Virus record (IMG/VR): IMGVR_UViG_3300045988_032849
Coordinates: 6,539 to 38,538 of that record
Length of the DNA: 32,000 bases
Source: a virus
Strand: one strand, 5' to 3'
In this document: positions 8,071 through 16,037 of the stretch, in pieces
Layout: every line of letters begins with the position of its first letter
How positions within the stretch are numbered: the stretch's first letter is position 1
Position numbers and translations under genes: made by a program
The notes under the pieces: generated by a model
Databases searched by the model: none
The model's input: only the letters and a program-made list of their open reading frames with translations
What the model was told of the DNA's origin: nothing

Positions 8071-8115
8071 CTGGCTGGAGTGGTTGTATAAGGGGTTCGA
8101 TTCCTCTTGCCAGTC
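8071..8115 (+). other. tRNA 3-prime-half-like minihelix B
   Basis: T-stem AGGGG/CCTCT with loop TTCGATT (8091-8107). CTGGC (8071-8075) pairs with GCCAG (8109-8113). Homologous to element A across GGTT.TAT.A.GGGTTCGA.TCC..TTGC. Confidence 0.45.
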
Positions 8116-8131
8116 ATTGTCTGTCAAAACA

Positions 8132-8160
8132 CACTAAAAAATGGATATAGATTTTTAGTG
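8132..8160. repeat. Perfect 9-bp inverted repeat CACTAAAAA / TTTTTAGTG (hairpin, 11-nt loop)
   Basis: Direct reading. It is nested inside a larger inverted repeat, CATTGTCTGTCA at 8115-8126 versus its complement at 8201-8212 (11 of 12 positions). Confidence 0.7.
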
Positions 8161-8398
8161 GCTTGAACACTTTTCGACACTTTTTCAACACCGAGCAAGC
8201 TGACAGACATTGCTCAAACAAAACCCAGCAAATTTAAGAAAAAAGGATGTGAAAAAAGCCTCTTTCTTATTGATATCATTGCGTTACAAAAACAAAGCCA
8301 AAGATCTTGCTGGTGTCGATGGCTAGGAAGGAGGCGATAAAAAGCCCGAGAACAAATACACTTATCTTTTCATAAATCTCTTAATGTTTCTAGGGCTA

Positions 8399-8428
8399 AA
8401 ATAAAAAAAGACCGACACGATGGCCGGC
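8399..8428 (-). terminator. Minus-strand hairpin plus T-run
   Basis: The minus strand reads GCCGGC-CATCGT-GTCGGT followed by CTTTTTTTATTTT, about 25-50 nt downstream of the minus-strand extended -10. Confidence 0.4.
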
Positions 8429-8451
8429 ACTCTTTGAAAGTCAACACTACT

Positions 8452-8460
8452 ATTATACCA
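8452..8460 (-). promoter_or_regulatory. Minus-strand extended -10 promoter TGGTATAAT, divergent from the late regulator gene
   Basis: The reverse complement of attatacca is TGgTATAAT, the same element as promoter P1 in the post-lysin array. No good -35 is present. Confidence 0.4.
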
Positions 8461-8474
8461 GAGAGGGCAGAACA

Positions 8475-8891
8475 ATGCTATTGCCGGAAATTGATGAGAA
8501 AGCAACTATCAGAGGTTGCAAGCGTAAACTTCGAGAATATCCAAGATGGCGAGAGATAGCACACGATAGCGCTGAGCAGAAGATTACACAAGAGTTTACT
8601 TTCATGCCAAGAGGTGGCAGTGGTGTAAGTAGACCAGTGGAAAATATCGCAGTTAGGCGTGTCGATGCTATGAACGAGCTAGAAGCCATAGAGCAAGCAG
8701 TTAGCGGGCTATACCGTCCAGACTATCGCAGAATACTGATAGAGAAATATCTGGCATACCCACCGAAACCAAACTGGCAAATCGCCCAAGCAATCGGATT
8801 CGAGAGAACGGCTTTTCAAGAGCTACTTAATAATGCTGTCCTAGCATTCGCTGAATTGTATAGAGATGGTAAATTAGTTGTAGAATGTTGA
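8475..8891 (+). CDS. ArpU-family (sigma-70 region-4-like) late transcriptional regulator
   Basis: KRKLREYPRWREIA ... AVRRVDAMNELEAIEQAV..L ... RRILIEKYL ... WQIAQAIGFERTAFQELLNNAVLAFAELY. Located directly upstream of terS, as in many Firmicute phages. Confidence 0.8.
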   Translation: MLLPEIDEKATIRGCKRKLREYPRWREIAHDSAEQKITQEFTFMPRGGSGVSRPVENIAVRRVDAMNELEAIEQAVSGLYRPDYRRILIEKYLAYPPKPNWQIAQAIGFERTAFQELLNNAVLAFAELYRDGKLVVEC

Positions 8892-8893
8892 AA

Positions 8894-8926
8894 TGACGGT
8901 ATTTTGACGGATAATTCACGGTATCT
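8894..8926 (+). promoter_or_regulatory. Three phased 11-bp direct repeats (TGACGGTATTT / TGACGGATAAT / TCACGGTATCT) upstream of terS
   Basis: Exact 11-bp periodicity, 25-30 nt upstream of the -10-like TATTATTATATTAT (8945-8958). Candidate late-promoter operator or pac-related site. Confidence 0.5.
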
Positions 8927-8970
8927 TACAACTGTTTAAAGTGGTATTATTATATTATCGAAGAAAATCA

Positions 8971-9000
8971 GAGACAGCTCACTTTGTGGGTTGTCTTTTT
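8971..9000 (+). terminator. Hairpin plus T-run in the late-operon leader (possible attenuator)
   Basis: An imperfect 10-bp stem pairs 8971-8980 with 8988-8997 (including G-U pairs) around the loop ACTTTGT. The TTTTT run at 8996-9000 begins inside the 3-prime arm, just before the terS RBS. Confidence 0.35.
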
Positions 9001-9019
9001 CAGTATCAGAAAGGAGTTG

Positions 9020-9463
9020 ATGGAAAATGGGATGACCGAGAAACAAATGAAGTTTGCCGATGAGTACATCATCAGCCTAAATGCTTCGCAAGCGTATAAG
9101 AAGGCTTATCCTAATATTAAGAACAATGATGTTGCGAAAGCTAACGGAAGCAGACTGCTTGCTAAAGCTAACATCAAGGCTTATATAGACGAGCAACTTG
9201 AAAAATTAAAATCAGAACGTGTTGCGGATCAACAAGAGGTCATGGAATTTCTCACTGCCGTAATGCGTGGTGAGATTGAAGAACCCTTACTTGTCCTGGA
9301 TGGTGAGGGTATGCAGCGCATTGCTCAAGCTAAGCCGAATGTTGCCACCCGTCGAGCTGCGGCAGTTGATATCGGTAAACGTTACAGAATGTGGACAGAT
9401 AAGGTCGAAGCCGATGTAACGCAAGATATCAATATTAATGTCGGTGAATGGAATGACGATTAA
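9020..9463 (+). CDS. terS: Terminase small subunit (Terminase_2-like)
   Basis: MTEKQMKFADEYIISLNASQAYKKAY ... SRLLAKANIKAYIDEQL. The start is ambiguous (9020 or 9032). The upstream extension to 8984 has no RBS. Confidence 0.85.
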   Translation: MENGMTEKQMKFADEYIISLNASQAYKKAYPNIKNNDVAKANGSRLLAKANIKAYIDEQLEKLKSERVADQQEVMEFLTAVMRGEIEEPLLVLDGEGMQRIAQAKPNVATRRAAAVDIGKRYRMWTDKVEADVTQDININVGEWNDD

Positions 9464-10718
9464 TCTTGAAATCAATCCAAGCAGGGTGTTTAATCGACAC
9501 ATCTATGAACATTTGTTTGATTATGACACGTTTACTGAGGTACATTACGGCGGAGCGTCTAGCGGTAAGAGTCACGGGGTCTTCCAGAAGATTGTTCTCA
9601 AAGCTCTTAAAAAGTGGGATAAACCCCGTAAGATATTGATATTGCGTAAGGTAGGCTCTACGGTTCGTGACTCGGTGTTTGCGGACGTGCAAGCAGCCTT
9701 GTCTTACTTTGGTGTGCTTAATCTATGCAAGGTTAACATGAGCGCATTCCGCATTGAGTTACCAAACGGCGCTGAGTTGATTTTCAAAGGGATGGATAAC
9801 CCAGAGAAAATCAAGTCAATCAAAGGCATTTCAGACGTAGTCATGGAAGAAGCGTCAGAGTTTACGCTTGATGATTACACGCAGCTAACACTTCGCTTGA
9901 GGGATAAGGCCCACAAACAGAAACAAATCTATTTGATGTTTAACCCAGTGTCTAAGGCTAACTGGGTATATAATGCGTTTTTCGTGAAGAACCCTAAAAA
10001 TACAGTGGTTTATCAAACGACGTACAAGGATAATCGCTTTCTGGATGACTTGACCAAAGAGAACATCGAGGAGCTAGCAAACAGAAACGAAGCCTACTAC
10101 AAAATTTATGCTTTGGGTGAGTTTGCCACCCTCGATAAGTTAGTATTTCCCAAGTACGAAAAGAGACTACTCAATAAGGACGAGCTTAAACAGCTACCGT
10201 CCTTTTTTGGTCTTGACTTTGGGTTTACAAACGACCCCACGGCATTCATGCACGTCAAAATAGACCGAGAGAATAAGCGGCTATATATCCTTGAAGAGTA
10301 TGTCAAGAAGGGCTTGCTTAACAACCAGATAGCAGAAGCTATCACTAGCCTTGGCTATTCAAAAGAGGTGATTATGGCTGACTCAGCAGAACAGAAATCC
10401 ATTGCTGAATTGCAAACACTGGGCTTGCGTCGAGCTATTCCAGTAGACAAGGGCAAAGGCTCGGTTCTACAAGGTATTCAGTTCTTGCAGCAATTTGACA
10501 TCATCGTTGATGAAAGATGCGTCAAGACGATTGAGGAGCTTGAGAATTATACATGGCAGAAAGACAAGCATACAAACGAGTACATCAACAAGCCGTGTGA
10601 TAGTTATAACCACTGTATCGACGCTATTAGGTACGCACTGCAAAACCTTATTTTCGTCAAGGATAGACAGGACGTAGACGCTAAGATAAGACGGGTTAAC
10701 AAACTGATAAGGAGATAG
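9453..10718 (+). CDS. terL: Terminase large subunit, PBSX/Terminase_3 type
   Basis: Walker A is YGGASSGKSHG and the Walker B-like segment is VVMEEASE. The C-terminal nuclease part contains ADSAEQKSI and NHCIDAIRY. The start overlaps the terS end (9438 or 9453). Confidence 0.9.
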   Translation: MTINLEINPSRVFNRHIYEHLFDYDTFTEVHYGGASSGKSHGVFQKIVLKALKKWDKPRKILILRKVGSTVRDSVFADVQAALSYFGVLNLCKVNMSAFRIELPNGAELIFKGMDNPEKIKSIKGISDVVMEEASEFTLDDYTQLTLRLRDKAHKQKQIYLMFNPVSKANWVYNAFFVKNPKNTVVYQTTYKDNRFLDDLTKENIEELANRNEAYYKIYALGEFATLDKLVFPKYEKRLLNKDELKQLPSFFGLDFGFTNDPTAFMHVKIDRENKRLYILEEYVKKGLLNNQIAEAITSLGYSKEVIMADSAEQKSIAELQTLGLRRAIPVDKGKGSVLQGIQFLQQFDIIVDERCVKTIEELENYTWQKDKHTNEYINKPCDSYNHCIDAIRYALQNLIFVKDRQDVDAKIRRVNKLIRR

Positions 10719-10719
10719 A

Positions 10720-12219
10720 ATGACGAACACAACACATAGTGCTGACGACATTTTACATGAAGGCCAGTACATTCCTAGATCATATCAATTCGAACGGGAC
10801 ATGGAGCCGACTAGTTTGCAGAAACGTGAAGACTTCCTTCGTTTCCCGAAAGAAGCTAATACACACTTTATGGCTCAGTCAGCGGATGACCTAGTGGACA
10901 CGTTCCAAGGGCGTGAGAAGTTAGAGAAGATGGTAGCTCAGTTCCAAGACGGGCAGATAGACCGTTTGAATATCCTAGAGAGCTACTCAAACGGAAACAA
11001 CTACACGATTCTAAATGGTCGTAAACGATTAGAACCAGAGAAAGCTGACTACCGTATTAGGCATGACCTGGGCGGACAAGCTAGCCGATTCTTTACGGGT
11101 TACACAGTGGGGCAGCCTATTTCAATCGGAGCTACTGACACTAACAGCGACTTGACGGCTATTGATGATTTCAACGCTTACAACGACATTGAAGCCCTTA
11201 ACCGTGAGCTAGTCTATGACGCTTCACGTTTTGGGCGAGCATTTGAGCTGCATTATTACGACGAGTTTGGCAATCCTGCAGTGGTCTTGATTGACGCAAG
11301 GGAGATGTTCACAATCCGTAGCGCAGACGTCCGAAAGGATATCATTGCGGCTGTTCATTGTCCAGTGTACAACGGTGAAATGTTTGTAACGGTCTATACT
11401 GACAACAAGATTGTTAGCTATGACCCAAACTGGCAGGAAATCGAGCGCAAAGAAAACCCGTTCGGAATGGTGCCGGTGGTTGAATGGCAGAATAACCGAG
11501 AGCGTTCGGGAGACTGGGAGAAAGGTATTCCAATCATTGACGCTTACGACGCAGCAGAGTCGGACACGGCTAACTATATGTCAGACCTTAATGACGCCAT
11601 GCTTGTTATCAAGGGTGATGTCGAAAGCACTGGCATGAACGCGTCTGACATCATGAAAATGAAACACGCTAACATGCTTGTTCTTGAAAGTGGTGTCGGA
11701 CACAACGGGCAGCAAACGTCGTTAGATGCTGGCTATATCTATAAGCAATATGATGTCAGCGGTGTTGAAGCGTACAAATCACGCTTGATTAAAGACTTCT
11801 TCCGCATTGTCGGGCTGCCTAATTTGCAAGACGATTCGACTTTCTCAGCTACGTCTGGGATTGCTATTCGCTACAAGCTAGTTGACTTGCAGCAGGTTAC
11901 AGCCGTGAAGCGTGGGTTCTTTGTCAAAGCGCTCAGACGACGCTATAAACTGCTTGAGTTGCTATCTAACAATCTCAAAGGTATCGAACCAGTGGACGCT
12001 GACATGCTGACATTCACGTTTCATGAGAATCTGCCAACGGATGTATGGGCTGAGATTCAATCAGCTATCAATTCGGGTATGGAAATCTCACAAGAAACGC
12101 TTATGGAATCAGCTAGCTTCACCGATGCACGCAAAGAAAAGAGCCGTTTGCTCAAAGAGGGCGGGGCTACTGATCTAGAAGTTAGTCAGATTGTAGGTGT
12201 TGAGGATGATGACGAATAA
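10720..12219 (+). CDS. Portal protein (SPP1 gp6-like)
   Basis: 499 aa, immediately after terL and followed by a MuF-like gene, which is the typical arrangement. Confidence 0.85.
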   Translation: MTNTTHSADDILHEGQYIPRSYQFERDMEPTSLQKREDFLRFPKEANTHFMAQSADDLVDTFQGREKLEKMVAQFQDGQIDRLNILESYSNGNNYTILNGRKRLEPEKADYRIRHDLGGQASRFFTGYTVGQPISIGATDTNSDLTAIDDFNAYNDIEALNRELVYDASRFGRAFELHYYDEFGNPAVVLIDAREMFTIRSADVRKDIIAAVHCPVYNGEMFVTVYTDNKIVSYDPNWQEIERKENPFGMVPVVEWQNNRERSGDWEKGIPIIDAYDAAESDTANYMSDLNDAMLVIKGDVESTGMNASDIMKMKHANMLVLESGVGHNGQQTSLDAGYIYKQYDVSGVEAYKSRLIKDFFRIVGLPNLQDDSTFSATSGIAIRYKLVDLQQVTAVKRGFFVKALRRRYKLLELLSNNLKGIEPVDADMLTFTFHENLPTDVWAEIQSAINSGMEISQETLMESASFTDARKEKSRLLKEGGATDLEVSQIVGVEDDDE

Positions 12220-13162
12220 TGAACGCTACAATGCTGAACGGAAAGCACAATCAGACCTAATTAAGCGTGACATAGAGCGTGACGAGGTCTTAAAAGAGCT
12301 CTATCAAGCGTCATATAACCGTATGCAAAGCCAAATAAACGGGTTTTACATGCGCTACGCTGACAAAGAGGGGCTAAGCCGTGCCGAAGCTATGAAGCGG
12401 GCTAGTGAGTTCGATGTTACTGAGTACAAAGACCGAGCTAGAAAGGCAGTAGTCGAGAAAGATTTCTCGCATGGCACTAATCAATGGCTAAGACTGTTTA
12501 ACCTCAAAATGAAAGTCAGCCGCTTGGAGCTACTCAAAGCAGAATTAAGACTTGAAATAGCTAGTCTTATATCAGACGTTAACGAAGTCTTCGACGAAGC
12601 GCGTGAGAGTGAATTTTTAGCTGAATTTAAGCGCCAAGCGGGCATCTTGGGCAATTCTGCTGTCAACGCAGTAAGTCACATGAGAGCGATTTTAGACGCT
12701 GATTTCTATGGACAGAATTTTAGTCGTAGAGTTTGGGGCAGGAACGGACTTCACGCAAGCATGCAGAAGGATGTGTTTAGCTCGTTAGCACGTATCTTCA
12801 CCGATATGGACGGTTTTAAGCAGGAACGGCAGCGATTAGCTAAGAAATATAACACAAGTCAGTCCAATGCCCAACGGCTACTCAAGACCGAAATAGCTCG
12901 CATTAATGCTGATACAGAATTGATGATGTTGAAGGAGAATGACTTCACGCATTTAATTTATGTCGCTGAAAGTGGGGCTTGCGATATCTGTAAGCCTTTG
13001 GATAGAAAAGCCATACCGATTAACAAGGCAGAAAAGGGGGTTAACATGTACCCAATGCACCCTAACTGTCGCTGTTCAGCGTATGGACATATCAAAATGG
13101 AATACAAAGCCGGTGGCAGCACGCTTGATGAAGAAGCTGTTAACGGCGTGTGGGGTGAATAA
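12206..13162 (+). CDS. Head morphogenesis / minor capsid protein (SPP1 gp7 / Mu F-like)
   Basis: C-terminal CDICKPLD ... MHPNCRCS motif. Position after the portal gene. Confidence 0.85.
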   Translation: MMTNNERYNAERKAQSDLIKRDIERDEVLKELYQASYNRMQSQINGFYMRYADKEGLSRAEAMKRASEFDVTEYKDRARKAVVEKDFSHGTNQWLRLFNLKMKVSRLELLKAELRLEIASLISDVNEVFDEARESEFLAEFKRQAGILGNSAVNAVSHMRAILDADFYGQNFSRRVWGRNGLHASMQKDVFSSLARIFTDMDGFKQERQRLAKKYNTSQSNAQRLLKTEIARINADTELMMLKENDFTHLIYVAESGACDICKPLDRKAIPINKAEKGVNMYPMHPNCRCSAYGHIKMEYKAGGSTLDEEAVNGVWGE

Positions 13163-13248
13163 CCTCTTGTCCAGACCGTGCTGAGGACGTTAAAAGCTGC
13201 ATGAGTTCGTCGAGGTTGGACGTTAAAGCGTAAAGAAAGGAGCCTATC

Positions 13249-13800
13249 ATGGCAGAAAAAGAACTTGAAACAGTTGAGAATCCTCAAGAGGTTGAAGCTA
13301 GCCAACCAGAAAAAGAGGAGAAGATGGTGTCAGTTGCTGAGATGCAGCGTAGACTCAAACAGATGGAAGAAAAACATACTCTTGAAATTGCTGATATGCA
13401 AACCGGTATTCAAGCTCAAATTGAGGAAGCCGTTGCTAAAGCAAAAATGAGCGAGGAAGAACTTCAAGAGCTGCAACAGAAACAGCGGGATAAAGAATTC
13501 GAAGAAGCCCAGAGCACAATTGCAGCACTTCAAGCTCAAATTGCTCAACGTCAAATGCAGGATATCGCTATTAAAGAGCTCGAAGCTCAAGGCGTTCCTG
13601 TCAACGAGTCAACGCTTGCTTTCGTTGTTAAAGGCGACGAAGAAGCTACCAGGTTAGCTGTTTCAAATATGGCTAACATCCTAAACTTGCAGAAACGAGA
13701 AGAAGCCAAAGCTCTACCACCTCGCACTAGCGGTGGAGAGGAAGGGCGTTCTCATCGTGGAAAAGACAAGTTTGACAAAGCCAAAATCACTAATTTCTAA
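13249..13800 (+). CDS. Capsid scaffolding protein
   Basis: Acidic, E/Q/K-rich predicted coiled coil directly upstream of the major capsid gene. Strong RBS AAAGGAG. Confidence 0.8.
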   Translation: MAEKELETVENPQEVEASQPEKEEKMVSVAEMQRRLKQMEEKHTLEIADMQTGIQAQIEEAVAKAKMSEEELQELQQKQRDKEFEEAQSTIAALQAQIAQRQMQDIAIKELEAQGVPVNESTLAFVVKGDEEATRLAVSNMANILNLQKREEAKALPPRTSGGEEGRSHRGKDKFDKAKITNF

Positions 13801-13818
13801 ATAAAGAAAGGAGAGCGC

Positions 13819-14751
13819 ATGGCTCAACAAAAATTTAATCCAGACACAGTCCTATTGTCTGATTCTCTTGGGAAAGAGGTCACATCAGAACAAATCACTG
13901 ATCTATTCACTGACGAACTCGTTAAAACTTCAAAAGTTATTCAGCTTGGCCAAAAAGTTGAAATGAACGGCAAAATGGTCCGCAAAGGTGTTGAAGTTGG
14001 TCAATTGACAGACGCTTATTTTGTGGGTGAAGGTCAAAAAATTGGTACTGCAAAAGTACAAACTAAATCTTACGTTCTTGAATCTCGCAAATTGGCGGTT
14101 ATCTTGCCAGTGACAGAAGAAGTCCTCAACTACACTTGGACTGACTTCTTCGAATCAATCAAGGATAAGATTGTTGACTTGTTTAACAAAAAAATCGACG
14201 GGGCAGCATTCCTCGGTTTGTATAACAACCCATTCGGTGCCAACGTTTTGGCGTCTGCTAAACGTGCTCAAAACATCGTATCTGGGGACATCAACCTCAA
14301 TAACATCTACGATGTTGAGGATAAATCAGAAAAAGAACCTAACGCATTCGTGGGGCACCGCACAATCAACCGTACACTCCGTGGAATTGTGGACAACGTA
14401 AACGGTGGTCAACACATCTTCACTAAACCAGCTAACCCTAACGCAATCGGTGAGCTTGATGGCCTTCCATATTCTCAACTTCAATTGCAAGATGGGCAAA
14501 CTTACCCAGCAGGTACATTGATCACTGGTAACTTCAATGGTTTGGTTTATGGTATTCCAAACGGTACTAACTTGCGTCTTAAAATCGCAGACCAAGCTAC
14601 TTTGTCTAAAATTCAAAACGATGGCACACTTGATTCTGGGGACGTTCACTTGTTTGAACAAGACATGCAAGCACTTCGTGCAATCTTTGAAATTGCCGTA
14701 GCAATTCCAAACGACGAAGCATTTGCAGCGATCCAACCAGTAGGAGTCTAG
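13819..14751 (+). CDS. Major capsid protein
   Basis: 310 aa following the scaffold gene. Strong RBS AAAGGAGAG. Confidence 0.85.
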   Translation: MAQQKFNPDTVLLSDSLGKEVTSEQITDLFTDELVKTSKVIQLGQKVEMNGKMVRKGVEVGQLTDAYFVGEGQKIGTAKVQTKSYVLESRKLAVILPVTEEVLNYTWTDFFESIKDKIVDLFNKKIDGAAFLGLYNNPFGANVLASAKRAQNIVSGDINLNNIYDVEDKSEKEPNAFVGHRTINRTLRGIVDNVNGGQHIFTKPANPNAIGELDGLPYSQLQLQDGQTYPAGTLITGNFNGLVYGIPNGTNLRLKIADQATLSKIQNDGTLDSGDVHLFEQDMQALRAIFEIAVAIPNDEAFAAIQPVGV

Positions 14752-14764
14752 TCAGGAGGTTTAA

Positions 14765-15037
14765 ATGACCTATAAAGCTAAGATTACATTCCGTGATTTG
14801 CAAGATAACGAGTATATCTATCAAGTCGGGGAAGTTTACCCACGAGAAGGCTATGAGCCATCTAAAGAGCGTGTGGCAGAAGTTCTTGAAAAGGGTGGTA
14901 TCGAACAAGTCGAGTCGTCAAAAGAGCTTACAGTCAAGGAGCTCAAAGCAAAACTTGATGAAGCTGGTGTCGAGTACGATGCCAAAGCAAAGAAAGCAGA
15001 TTTAGAAGAACTTCTAAAGGCTGCGGAGGGGGTCTAA
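14765..15037 (+). CDS. Small head-associated protein with a C-terminal HeH/SAP-like motif
   Basis: LTVKELKAKLDEAGVEYDAKAKKADLEELL resembles the HeH / Rho-N helix-extension-helix motif. Confidence 0.6.
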   Translation: MTYKAKITFRDLQDNEYIYQVGEVYPREGYEPSKERVAEVLEKGGIEQVESSKELTVKELKAKLDEAGVEYDAKAKKADLEELLKAAEGV

Positions 15038-15038
15038 A

Positions 15039-15386
15039 ATGAACGATATCCAACTTGAAAAGATTAAGCGTCGGTTGGGTATCGACGTTGAAGACGATCT
15101 TGAGGATGAATTGATTGAAGACTTAGTCAACGACGCTGAGAGCTATTTCAAAGCATTAATCGGAACAACCGAGATTGACAAGAAATATCATTTCATCATC
15201 GAGAATGTTGTTTACAAGCTCTATGGTCGTAAGGGGTCAGAAGGTGTCAAAACCGAAAACGTAGACGGCTATTCAGTCACCTACGAGGATTGGGACGACA
15301 TGTTCAAGCCTTACAGAAAGATTCTGGATAAAGATTTTGGCCTAGATGGCTCGTTAGCTCGAAAAGGTAAGGTGAAGTTTTTATGA
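15039..15386 (+). CDS. Head-tail connector (gp6-like / Phage_connect_1)
   Basis: N-terminal LEKIKRRLGIDVEDDLEDELIEDLVNDAESYF is typical of this family, and the position fits. Confidence 0.75.
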   Translation: MNDIQLEKIKRRLGIDVEDDLEDELIEDLVNDAESYFKALIGTTEIDKKYHFIIENVVYKLYGRKGSEGVKTENVDGYSVTYEDWDDMFKPYRKILDKDFGLDGSLARKGKVKFL

Positions 15387-15691
15387 AAACACCACACCGC
15401 ATTAAGCTAGTGAAGCAAGGTGTTTCGACTTACAACCCAATCACTGATAAGCACGAAGAAAAGGCACAGTCTAGCAAGATTGTGCCTTGTTTGGTTAACT
15501 TCATTGACCAACAGCGTGCATTTGAAGCCTATGGGAGTAGGTCCGACGTGGTCATGATATGCCGATTCAGTAAAGAGCAGAAGCAGTTTGACTACGCTCT
15601 TTATGGGGGTAAGAAGTATTATCCTATCGAACGCATTGACGCACCGATAAAAGGGGCAATCCGATTGAAAAGAGGTGAGCTAAATGGCTAA
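15383..15691 (+). CDS. Head closure / head-tail adaptor (SPP1 gp16-like)
   Basis: Size and position fit, with ATGA overlap to the upstream gene. Confidence 0.65.
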   Translation: MKTPHRIKLVKQGVSTYNPITDKHEEKAQSSKIVPCLVNFIDQQRAFEAYGSRSDVVMICRFSKEQKQFDYALYGGKKYYPIERIDAPIKGAIRLKRGELNG

Positions 15692-16037
15692 TTTCACAAT
15701 CGAGTGGAGAGGTGACACAGTTCTCGCTGCTGCTTTGAACAAGGCAAGTCAAGGAGTTAGAACACAAGCTCAAAACGCTCTTAAAAACTCAGCTGAGAAG
15801 GGCAAGAGTATTTCAAAAGGTCTTGCGCCAGTTGATACCGGCTTCTTGAGAGCTAATATCACCACTAGGCATTTAGGCGAAGAATCGCACATCCATTCAG
15901 CCGCCTCTTATAGTGGATTCCAAGAGTTTGGCACACGCTATCAGCCTGGTAAGCCGTTTATGCGTCCTATGATGCACCAAATCGAGCCTTACTTCACAGA
16001 ACAAATCCGTAAAGTTATGGAAGGAGCCTTTAAATGA
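15684..16037 (+). CDS. HK97 gp10-family tail-completion protein
   Basis: Size and position in the connector block, and the segment LAPVDTGFLRANI. Confidence 0.65.
   Translation: MANFTIEWRGDTVLAAALNKASQGVRTQAQNALKNSAEKGKSISKGLAPVDTGFLRANITTRHLGEESHIHSAASYSGFQEFGTRYQPGKPFMRPMMHQIEPYFTEQIRKVMEGAFK

Larger units (their letters stand above)
7739..8474. other. ORF-free, structure-rich intergenic island (candidate ncRNA locus)
   Basis: No ORF of 60 aa or more starts here on either strand, while flanking genes are packed end to end. The island contains the tRNA-like elements, repeats, hairpins and antisense signals listed separately. Confidence 0.6.

Noticed and set aside
8326-8334. Orphan strong Shine-Dalgarno GGAAGGAGG with no start codon within 15 nt. 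A second case is AAGGAG at 31094-31099, paired to ATCACCTCC at 31103-31111, which matches the 16S rRNA 3-prime end.
   Set aside because: No ATG, GTG or TTG lies at a usable distance and no ORF follows. These are probably relics of lost genes or incidental purine runs. The SD/anti-SD pairing is only 4 bp.
8892-9019. cos site upstream of terS
   Set aside because: The terminase is PBSX/Terminase_3-like and the portal and MuF genes are SPP1-like, which favours headful (pac) packaging. No cohesive-end signature can be deduced from sequence alone.
13184-13229. Direct repeat GGACGTTAAA(A)GC (13185-13197 and 13218-13229) in the gap before the scaffold gene
   Set aside because: It has only two short copies in an 86-nt spacer and no associated hairpin or promoter. 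It could be a translational operator, but the evidence is too thin to call.
12958-13305. 115-aa minus-strand ORF. Similar antisense ORFs occur at 14326-14736, 24544-24981 and 28540-28818.
   Set aside because: All are antisense to strongly supported structural genes in a strictly co-directional operon. No RBS or promoter signals are present.
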